A stretch of 64,000 nt of DNA, from NCBI RefSeq assembly GCF_030028105.1, contig NC_092379.1:30277715-30341714 (forward strand). Direction: 5' to 3'. Below are positions 50,771 through 60,619 of this stretch, one piece after another. The notes below the pieces were generated by a model. It saw nothing but the letters and a program-made list of their open reading frames with translations, ran no database searches and was not told the DNA's origin. Position 1 is the first letter of the stretch. Each line of letters starts with the position of its first letter. This stretch comes from Mobula birostris. Its lineage: Eukaryota. Made by a program: the position numbers and the translations under genes.

Positions 50771-51515
50771 AGAACATAGAACATAGAATAGTACAGCACA
50801 GTACAGGCTCTTCGGCCCACAATGTTGTGCCGACCCTCAAACCCTGCTTCCCATATAAGCCCCCACCTTAGATTCCTCCATATACCTGTCTAGTAGTCTC
50901 TTAAACTTCACTAGTGTATCTGTCTCCACTACTGACTCAGGCAGTGCATTCCACGCACCAACCACTCTCTGAGTAAAAAACCTTCTTCTAATATCCCCCT
51001 TGAACTTCCCACTCCTTACCTTAAAACCATGCCCTCTTGTATTGAGCAGTGGTGGCCTGGGGAAGAGGCTTTGGCTATCCACTCTATCTATTCCTCTTAT
51101 TATCTTGTACACCTCTATCATGTCTCCTCTCATCCTCCTTCTCTCCAAAGAGTAAAGCCCTAGCTCCCTTAATCTCTGATCACAATGCATACTTTCTAAA
51201 CCAGGCAGCATCCTGGTAAATCTCCTCTGTACCCTTTCCAATGCTTCCACATCCTTCCTATAGTGAGCTGACCAGAACTGGACACAGTACTCCAAGTGTG
51301 GCCGAACCAGAGTTTTATAGTGCTGCATCATTACATCGGGACTCTTAAACTCTGTCCCTCGACTTATGAAAGCTAACACCCCATAAGCTTTCTTAACTAC
51401 CCTATCCACCTGTGAGGCAACTTTCAGGGATCTGTGGAAATGTACCCCGAGATCCCCCTGCTCCTCCACACTACAAGGATGCCAAGTATCCTGCCATTTA
51501 CTTTGTACTCTGCCT
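50771..51515 (-). mobile_element. Relatively young CR1 3' fragment in the J-Cmu1 intron
   Basis: Uninterrupted ORF2 C-terminus (LVRPHLEYCVQFWS..FFTQRVVGAWNALP) and a (CATAGAA)n tail. Confidence 0.9.
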
Positions 51516-52277
51516 GATCCAGGCCTTTGCAAACAAAGAATGTCAAACAGCTTAATAAGCCTCATGGCAGTGAGCGGAACGAGAAAACGCATTCCCTGAG
51601 AAAACGCTAAATATCCGGCAATACTCGTATTGTTATTCCATGGATCGCTCATAAATATCATGATTTTGTTCTTACTGTGATATTACTTCTCGTTGCAACA
51701 CCACGATAAATCAATTGAGATAGATGCATACATTTTCGAGTCTGTGATTCTTGAAGTTCTGCAGTTGTTGGTTAGAAAAAAAAGACAACTTCCCCTCAGC
51801 AAGCCATGTTGGGAGCTGGTCCACTGGTCGATAATGCAGTTCCACTAATGAATGCATATTTTCGTAAACGAGGTTCAATTATACTCTCATTCGTGTTCTG
51901 CTTTATTCTCCGTAGATAGGAGAAATAGATTGAAATGGAATGTCTTCCATTGTACAGGATGGACATATATTGTTCAGGTTTATCAAAGCTGCAATTCCAA
52001 ATAAACTGAGACCATCGGGGTGTTGAAAAGGAGACAGGTCATTGTTTAATTCAGCAAATGAATACTAAATCACGAATATTTTAGTATTTTAAGCTGAATT
52101 CCACAATCTCTTTGCGACAAAATCACAAATTATTTCACAAAGAGACATTAATCGCGGGTTCAATTGAAGGCAAAACATAATCAAAGGAAAGAGTAATCAA
52201 AATCACAAACTAAATATGGAATTAAATTTCAGTTGGAACACTTTTTGAAACAAAAAGCACAAAATGTTGCTTCTTAC

Positions 52278-52325
52278 CGGCTGTCACCATCAACATGGTG
52301 CCTCCTCCCCAGTAATCAAGATTGT
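52278..52325 (-). CDS. IGHJ: JH segment (NLDYWGGGTMLMVTA)
   Basis: W-G-x-G motif, donor G|GTAAG in phase 1, adjacent 23-RSS. Confidence 0.96.
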
Positions 52326-52364
52326 CACAGTGTTACATTCTCTGGTCTGCATCACACAATTACC
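52326..52364 (+). promoter_or_regulatory. JH 23-RSS
   Basis: CACAGTG (52326-52332), 23-bp spacer, ACAATTACC (52356-52364). Confidence 0.93.
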
Positions 52365-52688
52365 AGCTCTGTAAATAAGAGACAAAAGTTGGACAATTGT
52401 GCATATATTCATAATCCAAAAAAAATGAAAATAGTTTTGATTATTAGAAAACTTGAGTTCTTAAAAAAAAGTTTTTCACCGATAGAAGATAAAGTAATAC
52501 TGTATTTCAGACCTGCTGCCGAAATATCACGAGACTTCATGACAGATAAGTGATGAACATATCGAGGCTAGTTGATTCGGACTAATTAGTGTTTTGTGCA
52601 CAAGTAGAACAAATACATCAAGACTTATACAGAAATATCGAATGAAAGAAGAAAAAAAACAACGAAAGCACACAATTAGCGATCAGAA

Positions 52689-52756
52689 GGTTTTTGTATT
52701 GGAGGCACACACTGTGCCAGCCAGTATACACAGTGAGACAAACCGTGACAAATAAT
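52689..52756 (-). other. D2 diversity segment TATACTGGCTGG (52717-52728) flanked by 12/12 RSS
   Basis: On the plus strand: GGTTTTTGT (52689-52697), 12 bp, CACTGTG (52710-52716); then CACAGTG (52729-52735), 12 bp, ACAAATAAT (52748-52756). Confidence 0.95.
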
Positions 52757-52961
52757 CTGCAGCTTGTCCGCTGATGTTGTCCTTTCGCATTCTATCCATA
52801 GGTGACTTCGCTTTCATGGAACATCACGACAATTTTTTTTTTGATTTTGTTGTTTTTTTTTAACGATATATATAAATGTCTACATCGATTTATTTCAATG
52901 TCCATTCGGCAGCCTCTCCTGTTGTGCTGGTGTGGTCAAAAAGCAGTAGACTACCTATCCA

Positions 52962-53042
52962 GGTTTTTGTACGGGAAATGCGCTGTTTACAGCACAGTGT
53001 CCCCACTGTATACGCACAGTGAGACAGACCGTAACAAAAAAC
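52962..53042 (-). other. D1 diversity segment CGTATACAGTGGGGA (53000-53014) flanked by a 5' 12-RSS and a 3' 22-RSS
   Basis: On the plus strand: GGTTTTTGT (52962-52970), 22 bp, CACAGTG (52993-52999); then CACAGTG (53015-53021), 12 bp, ACAAAAAAC (53034-53042). Confidence 0.93.
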
Positions 53043-53386
53043 AGCAGACACTAAAACGCGCAAGTTTCTCTTGAAATAGGCTTTGAATCTATTTTACATT
53101 ATCCAACAGTTTTCAAGGAGGATCGAATTTAATACAACCCATCCTTTCTCTCTCTCTTCACCGTTCACATTGGATCAGATAAAGTGTCCTACTCCACAAT
53201 TATGAACAGCTAATGTCAAAGAGGAGTAACAGGAATATAATGCCACATCAGTGTATTTGATATTAAGTGTGATACTGCGAATAAATCACTGAGGAACATG
53301 TGTGCACATTTATGTCCTGCTACTGTTGCAAATAGAATAATTAATCACTGATAGTTTATGATAGAAAACACAGTGTTTCATCTCAC

Positions 53387-53425
53387 CGTTGTTGTACAGG
53401 CTAGACTCTTGTTCGCCGCACTGTG
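53387..53425 (-). promoter_or_regulatory. VH 23-RSS
   Basis: Minus strand reads CACAGTG (53425-53419), 23-bp spacer, ACAACAACG (53395-53387). Confidence 0.95.
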
Positions 53426-53729
53426 GCTCTCGCACAGTAATAGACAGCGGTATCGTCCGTTTGTAGCTGGGTCACATGAACGGTGAAAATATTGTTTGTG
53501 GTGTCTTTGGACGGAGTGAATCTCTTCCGGATTCCCGGGGCGTAATACTGGTATGAAGAACTGTAGTATGCAAGGAGCCATTCCAGCCCCTGCCCGGTGA
53601 CCTGACGGACCAAGTTCATATAGTAGCTACTGAGATCAAACCCGCTGGTTTTACAGGTGAACCTCACTGATCCTCCGGGTCTGGCAGTCTCCGACGGGGG
53701 CTGAGTTAACACGACATCGGAATGGACAC
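53426..53729 (-). CDS. IGHV: VH exon (leader part 2 plus V region), open, with Leu at conserved Trp41
   Basis: (R)VHS|[97 protein letters not shown]. Acceptor catacag. Both canonical Cys present. Confidence 0.97.
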
Positions 53730-53885
53730 CTGTATGTTAAATACAAAGAAAGAAACTTGAAAATCAATTTTGAGACACTGACTCTTGTCTTTAGAATTTA
53801 TAAGGTCAAACTCCAGAGACTGAATGCAATGGAAAATTGACTGAATCAGAGAAAGTGAGAAATGTTTCCAATCCAAATTACGCAC

Positions 53886-53931
53886 GGGTTAATAAAGCCA
53901 GGAGCGCGCCGACTGCAGCCAGCGATTTCAT
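53886..53931 (-). CDS. IGHV: VH leader exon (MKSLAAVGALLALLT)
   Basis: 46-nt exon encoding a hydrophobic signal peptide. Donor C|GTGCGT. A 156-nt phase-1 intron joins it in frame to the V exon. Confidence 0.93.
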
Positions 53932-54018
53932 CCTACTGACGATTTCAAACGAAGCGACTCTGCACAGCACCTGATGGCATCCGACTGCGGGGAATTTGAA
54001 CTGTGGAGCGATGGCTGA

Positions 54019-54127
54019 TATTTAAGCAACCAAGTACATGGGCGCGACTGTGGGCGGAGCCTATAGGCTGTGAGGTCTATTTGCTTAAGCGATGTTCCAC
54101 CACCCACAGCACAACCAGCTTGAGTCA
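54019..54127 (-). promoter_or_regulatory. Putative VH promoter
   Basis: TTAAATA TATA-like box (54019-54025), GC box GGGCGGAG (54052-54059), near-octamer AAGCAAAT (54079-54086) and AP-1 TGACTCA (54121-54127), all within 200 bp of the ATG. Confidence 0.6.
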
Positions 54128-55125
54128 TACCTTCAAAGCTGGTAGCAATTAAAAATAAACGCAACTACACTTAACATTTCACAGCGTTCTGCCACGCGAT
54201 TCACGGATCTCATGATCATTATCCCACTTATTGATATAAATATCAATGTTCCAGATCATGAATAGAACAACGTTTTTGAAAAAGATCAGTCCACTGTGAT
54301 TTTCAAGTTCAGAACATTTCTCAGTAATTTCGAGTTACTGATGCTGAAAGTTATTCTGAGTAAAGTAAACATGAATGCCCAAAATATGTGATAGGTGATG
54401 GCGAATTAATTTGTTATGTTTGCCCCGAGTGGAAAATGAAATAAATGCAGACGCATTGCAACCGCTATTCTTTTTTTGTTATTTCCCTTCTTCATCTACA
54501 TGTTAATGATGTGGCTCAAATCTGCAAATATCTCATACCCGACTGTAAGACAGTTTAGATTTACTTAAGATCAGACCTAATTAGGTAACATATAGATCAT
54601 GTCAACTGTGCTTTCTTTGCGCAGCAAGGTATTTGTAAAGATATACTTTGATTCATACCTCCTACAGACCTTAAGACGTTTTGTCCACTTTTAAATGCTA
54701 CTTAATAAACTCCAATGGCTAAAAATGTCATTGTCAAAGATGCAATTTCAATGATCTTGGGGTGTCTAACACGAGCACTTGCAGAAGTGACTGCATGGAC
54801 GGACCTCGGTTCGAAAGTCAATGGTTACGGGAAATTAATGGTTAGGCGAGAAAAACATAGTATATTTTTTCGCAGTTGGCTGTTTGTATGAATGGCAGTT
54901 TAAATCGTTGAGGTGATAGAGAGCATCTACTTTGAATTGCATGCAAAAACCAACGTACCTGGATCATTTTATGTTCTGCAGATGTGTTAAGATATTTCTA
55001 AAACCTGCATAAAAGCGAATGGTGAAAACTACGGATGTGACAAAAACACAAACTGTAGATGTTTCCAATAAACTACAGGCACAGGGAGTCACAAGCACAG
55101 AGACAGGGAGATAAGTAAATATATA

Positions 55126-55187
55126 GATAGATAAATAGATAGATAGATAGATAGATAGATAGGCAGGTAGATAGATTGATAGATAGA
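55126..55187. repeat. (AGAT)n microsatellite
   Basis: Direct inspection. Confidence 0.9.
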
Positions 55188-56848
55188 GCCAGTCAGAGAG
55201 ACCTACAATTATGTATGTGGTTATGCAAATATAAATGGCATTCTGGCTACCAAAGATGAATACTGAAACGTTGGAGTCTTATACTTATTGCTCCGTCATT
55301 CTCTTGTGTTTCTATTCATCCATATGTATTGACTTTATTAAATTTTACTACTTTCACTCAAACTCTGTCCATTCAACGTCTGCTCAGTCTAACCTATACA
55401 GTGCATCAGCGATAAATTATAGACCAATTCAAGCATAAAAAGAAAAAAAAACAAATAAACATGTAGTCTGCTCTCAATGTATCGAAGAAAGTTCATTCGG
55501 TAGCACTATCTTGGAGTCTAGAAATCACTGAATTCGAATTAATCGAGGACAGTGGAAGCAGACAGACGGTTCTTTCTTCCTCCCGCATGCTTTGTGATGA
55601 AGTCAGCCATTTTGTGAAAACGCTCTATTTTCCATTTTGTCCGCTTGAAGTGCTTGGCTTGGTCGATATTTTGAAGATGACCCAATTGTGCTCCAGGTAA
55701 ACTGCTGGACTAGATTTCAATTGCCAAAAAAAAAAAAAAAAAAAACATTGTATGATACTCTTCTGTTGCATAAAACATGCAAACGTGTGAGTTTGGTTTG
55801 GTGCTTGCTTGCAGTTATTCGAACTGGTTGCTGATTGAGTTCAAAGAGACCTATATCATCCAGTGTTTTTGATGGTAAGAGAACAATAAATGGGTGCTGG
55901 ATTGAAGCATAGCAATAACAAGGAGTTAAAAGACAGGCACATAACCTATGACCAATGACACAGGAATGCAATATTTGATTTGATAAAGAATCGATGTAAA
56001 TGTGGACGCATCCTGTATAATGTCAAAGGTAAGCTCGAACAATTACCATCGCAGAGGCAAGTGTGAGCAACTCTGCTTGGAATACGTTGTGAATAAATCG
56101 AGACTACGCGGAACGCGTGGACAGCGGAGATCCCTTTGCCCAAGTAATCCTCTGGTATTCTATGACTATTCAGAAGAGTCAAGGAAACTGAGTGGGCGTG
56201 AACATAAGATATTTATTGTGTGAATTCACGCACTGCTTACTTTAAGTAATAAAGGTTTCATGTCGGTAAATACGGACCTGTCTGTGCCTCACTGACCATT
56301 GTTATAAGGAGTGACTCTTACAACAGGATAGTATCACTGATACCATAGATATATTCAAAGAAATATTGTGTATAGGTTTAAACGAAAACGTGGAGCAGCG
56401 AGAGTAACTTTAGAAATACACAATCGCCTGGATTAAAATATGAAAACAGCATGACTGACTGTTCTATGGAAGATGCCATTCGTGATATTTGTACTTCATC
56501 GGAAAATGATGCTAGTAGCTACCTGTGTTGTTGTAAAACATGAAATTTAAAACGTTTCCTAATCAAAGATAAAAGTAGTGGAGCAAGATGTATTGAGACT
56601 ACTGTGTGGCCTTCTTTTACTATTTTTTTTTTGGCCAGAAATGATCATTAAAATATGAAATATCTCTGAAGCTTGTTGACGAATAAGTTTGCATTTTTCT
56701 CAAGTTGTTTATGCTGTATTCTGTTAGGGAAACGTCTATTAAGTATCTGTCCCTCAGGTATTGCACTTGGGTCTAATGCTGGCACTTTTGGTGCTTATGG
56801 AAATCAGCTCATCATGGTTTTCCCCCTATGTTAATTAGAGTGTGAAAG

Positions 56849-56852
56849 AGAG

Positions 56853-56899
<47 letters not shown>

Positions 56900-56905
56900 G
56901 AGAGG
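56849..56905. repeat. (GA)n microsatellite
   Basis: Direct inspection. Confidence 0.9.
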
Positions 56906-57904
56906 GAGGGAGGGGTGGGGAGAGATTGAGTTAACGCATCAAACGAGTTCTTTCAACGGGGAAATTAGTTATTTTAGATATACTGGCACTTAGTGGAATA
57001 TGAGCGGAAATTTTAAGCGTATTCCGTAGATTTATTTTTGTTCAAAAGACATTCGTTTATTTATTCCTCTTAGCGTATATATTTCATTGCAAATCGCTTT
57101 TCGATAAGTACGTTATTGTAATCGATGAGATAACTCCCTATGTACCAAAACGAATCTCCATTTGAAGGAAGGATTTTCAGGTACAATTACAGACTTGACT
57201 GGAGGACGAATTCCGATAAATATAATTCAATTAATGTTTTAGATCGCTGGGTCGCAGACCGCTTCGACAGCGGTCCTACAAATTCTTCAGAGCCCAACTG
57301 ACTTACTAATCTTCCCTGGCAGCGCTCTCAAGGCACCTAGCATCATTATCTATGAAACAACAACAACAACAAAAAGCTTGACACACCCAACTCCTTAAAC
57401 AAAATATCTCTAAAGTTAGTTGTATACACTCTCGTACTAAAGATGGAAACACAGATAAAAGAGTGTAATTTTTTCTGTCCATTACGGCCTTCAATAATAT
57501 TATACCCTTCTATCAGGAGTCGACTGAGGCTTCGCAGTTTCAGTGGAAAGAAACTGCAACCAAGCTCGTTCAGGCTGATAGCACATACACTTTATTCTAG
57601 CAGGGTCCTTATATCTCAGTATTGAATCTACACGTAGTCTCCACAACCTGCCTATACTCTTGGGACAAGTATTAGCTCATGCAACATCGATGTAGGACAA
57701 TATAATACAGCATTGGTCATTCGGCACAAGATGGTGAGATTTTGACCTGCTCTAGGAATAATCTAACTTGCCCTCATACATAGTTCTATGATTCATGAGC
57801 TGTCTAAGAGATTATTAAGTGTCCCTGCATCTACCACTACCATCACCCCTGGAGCTCTTTCCACGTGCTACCGCTCTCTGTTTATCTATTTCTTTACTTA
57901 TTGA

Positions 57905-58168
57905 CATTTAGCGTGAAATAGGCCTGACAGATATTCGACCCACACCGCTCAGAAATTCCCCAGTTTAACCCGAACCTATTCACAGGAAAATGTCCAATGA
58001 CCAATTCACTTAACAACCGGTATGTCCTTGGACTGTGTTAGGAAATTGGAGCACTCCGAAGATAATATGCAGTCACGGGGAGAATGTGCAAAGTCCTTAC
58101 AGGCAGTGGCGGGAATTGAACCCAGGCCGCTACCAACGTGAAGTATTTTGACAACTACTACGCTACAG
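57905..58168 (-). mobile_element. V-SINE (HE1-like), degenerate
   Basis: tRNA-like head with B box GGTTCAATTCC, V-domain-like TTCTCCCCGTGACTGC..GTGCTCCAATTTCCT..CAGTCCAAGGAC, and a CR1-like tail. Confidence 0.7.
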
Positions 58169-58696
58169 TATCGTCCCACTACCTTGTTCATGCCTCCGAT
58201 GCTTCCTTCCAATCGCCTTAAAGGCTCGGTATTTGCCATTAATCGGCTGGGAGAAAATGTCTCTCGCAGTCTACTCGATGTGTGTCACTTATCAACTTGT
58301 ACACCTCTGTCAGGTCATCTCACATTTCCCTTCGTTCCTCAGAGAAAAGCCGAAGTCAACTAAACAGTCACCCACAAATATTGTCTGCAAAGCAGGCTGC
58401 ATCCTGGGACATCTCGTTTCCCAAGTCTCTCAATCTTCTACGCAATTCCTATAATGAGTTGATCAGAACTGAACACAATATTGCCCATTTTATAGTGATG
58501 TTGCATTACCTCGCGGCTCATGATACCAGAATAAATGCAAATACATTAAAAAGAAAATCTCCAGATGGGGACTATGTAGATATAATAAAAACTGCAACAT
58601 CAGCTCGAGACTCATAAACTCAAAAGCACGAAGAATAAAGTCAAATATATGTTTATGAAGGGAAATATATATTTATCCTTTAACAATATATCTTGC

Positions 58697-58698
<2 letters not shown>

Positions 58699-58750
<52 letters not shown>

Positions 58751-58790
58751 CTGTCTGTCTGTGTGTTATGTGTGTATGTGTGTGTACATG
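58699..58790. repeat. (TG)n(CG)4 compound microsatellite
   Basis: About 21 TG units running directly into GCGCGCGCG. Confidence 0.9.
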
Positions 58791-59789
58791 CGCAGAATGA
58801 AGATGGTCTAAGCACCAACAAACTCCGTCATGTTTTTGTCAATAATTTGTTGTATGTACAATCATGATTTGGGATCATCTCCAATTTAATGTTATTTCAT
58901 CGAGCAGCCTTACATTTTAGTTTATCTTAAAATGTCTGAATTCACTCGGCCCCCACTGTTGTCGCTATTCTGCATATCTGCTCCATTTAAAAATCATGTT
59001 GGAAAGCACCTATTCAGGAACTAGCCCGTAGCATATTCCTGCAGGCACATCTTGCCTTCCTCCACCCTTGTTTCGCCCACGCATGTCCGCCGTTAGCCTT
59101 CTACACTCGATTAATATATATAATACCTTGGGACACTGCCGCTATACTTGCTGAGAATTTACATGCATCCCTTCAGTCAAAGAAAAGAACAATAGATTTT
59201 GAAATTACGAAATGTAAATACGGACTATCTTGAAAAACGGTTTGTTGAATGCATTTAGTGTAAACTAAAGAAATATTTTAAGTATTTGCTATAAAAGAAG
59301 TTACAAAAAAGATATGTAAACAGAAACTGACATATAAACCTTGCAAAAAAAAAAAAAGAGAAATTGTGCAAATAAATACAGGAGAGCATGAGTAGTAAAA
59401 GCGCTTGATAGCGAATCTGTTGGGTGCAGAGTCTGTTCTGGATTCAAAGACAGCATGGATGGCATTGAGGTGATCTGGAAGCAATTTTTAAAATTATTTA
59501 TTTGCATTGTTTTGCTTTGTAGAAGATAATGCCACTCAATTTTTGCCACTATTCTCAAGCATTGTTATGCGATTCAAATTTAGTCCAGAATTTCCACACT
59601 GTTGTGAAATGGTATTCTCTGCATTATATCTAGAACTGTTGAACACTCCTAGATAGACAGCTCTGTGCAGATTACTAAACTCTTATTTTATCTCTTAGTG
59701 ATTTTGTTGGGATGACTCAGTGACGTTAGGAACGCTCTCGTAGACGAGTGCGTTTAAAACGTCCACAACACCCAGGACATATTCATTCA

Positions 59790-60400
59790 GATCCCCTGTT
59801 GAGTCATTGCACATGGCCTTGTCCATCGTTTTCAACCAGTTCCGCGGCGGTCCTGTAGCTTTCCTGACCTAGTCTTTACTGTCCTCACTTCCGGTGCTTT
59901 GCTCCTTACTCTTCTCCAATTTACAGGTGTGCAGAAAGATGGTCCATTTTCCTGAAGAATGGGCCGGTAGGCATCCTTAATGGCAGCAATGGTTGCATGT
60001 GTTCGGTTTTCATGTTTGTTGCAGATGTGCTGATGGCAGCTGGGTAGAGAATTATTTTTGATCGTCCTGTTGAATTTCGCCACAAGGAGGTTAACGTCGT
60101 CAGAGTAAGCCGTGTCTTGTTTGTTAATCGTGATGTTCACTCGGTCGAATTCTGGCGTGGCTTCTGCCTTTGGCGGCTCGTAGTCTGAATAATGTATCGC
60201 GACAGAATATTTTCTTGGTTCGTAAACGATCGGTAGTGTATCCTTCTATATTGCACATGCGTCCGAGCTCCACAGTGAGACATATGTCGCCTGATTTGCC
60301 CATTCCTAATGCCGCCTTCCTGTACGTAAGATTGATGGAAAACTCTTCTGGCTGGAGTGTCGTGTCCACAGTGTGCAGAGGAAACGTGCTTCAGTGAAAC
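59790..60400 (-). mobile_element. Degenerate Rex1/Babar-like endonuclease fragment
   Basis: LLVAKFNR..NSLPSCHQHI..IKDAYR..APEVRTVK resembles the APE region of Rex-type ORFs. Confidence 0.5.
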
Positions 60401-60619
60401 AGAGACATGGCCATCCATCAGTTACTCCGGCACAGCAATTTCGACCTTAGTTCCTCTGAGAAGCTGTGGCCGTGTTTACCATATATTAAATCTGGCCTGA
60501 ACTATTTTACTTGTCATTCTACTTTATTTCCATCTTCATTATATTCCGCAGGCACTCAATGTGGTATCAGATTTCCAATCGTTGCTTCTCTTTCATCATT
60601 CTTTCGAACTGAACACACC

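Noticed and set aside
53004-53010. Internal TACAGTG heptamer-like motif in D1
   Set aside because: It lacks the essential CAC, and the spacing to the nonamer would be 33 bp.
55223-55230. Perfect octamer ATGCAAAT 1.3 kb upstream of VH (another at 59500-59507)
   Set aside because: A few perfect 8-mers are expected by chance in 64 kb of AT-rich DNA, and there is no supporting motif cluster.
54200-57800. Second V segment, light-chain cluster or other gene upstream of VH
   Set aside because: No Ig-like ORF, RSS or recognisable protein motif was found in the ORF track or by reading.
60271-60282. CACAGTGAGACA, identical to the start of the D 5' RSSs
   Set aside because: No nonamer at 12 or 23 bp, and it lies within a LINE remnant.
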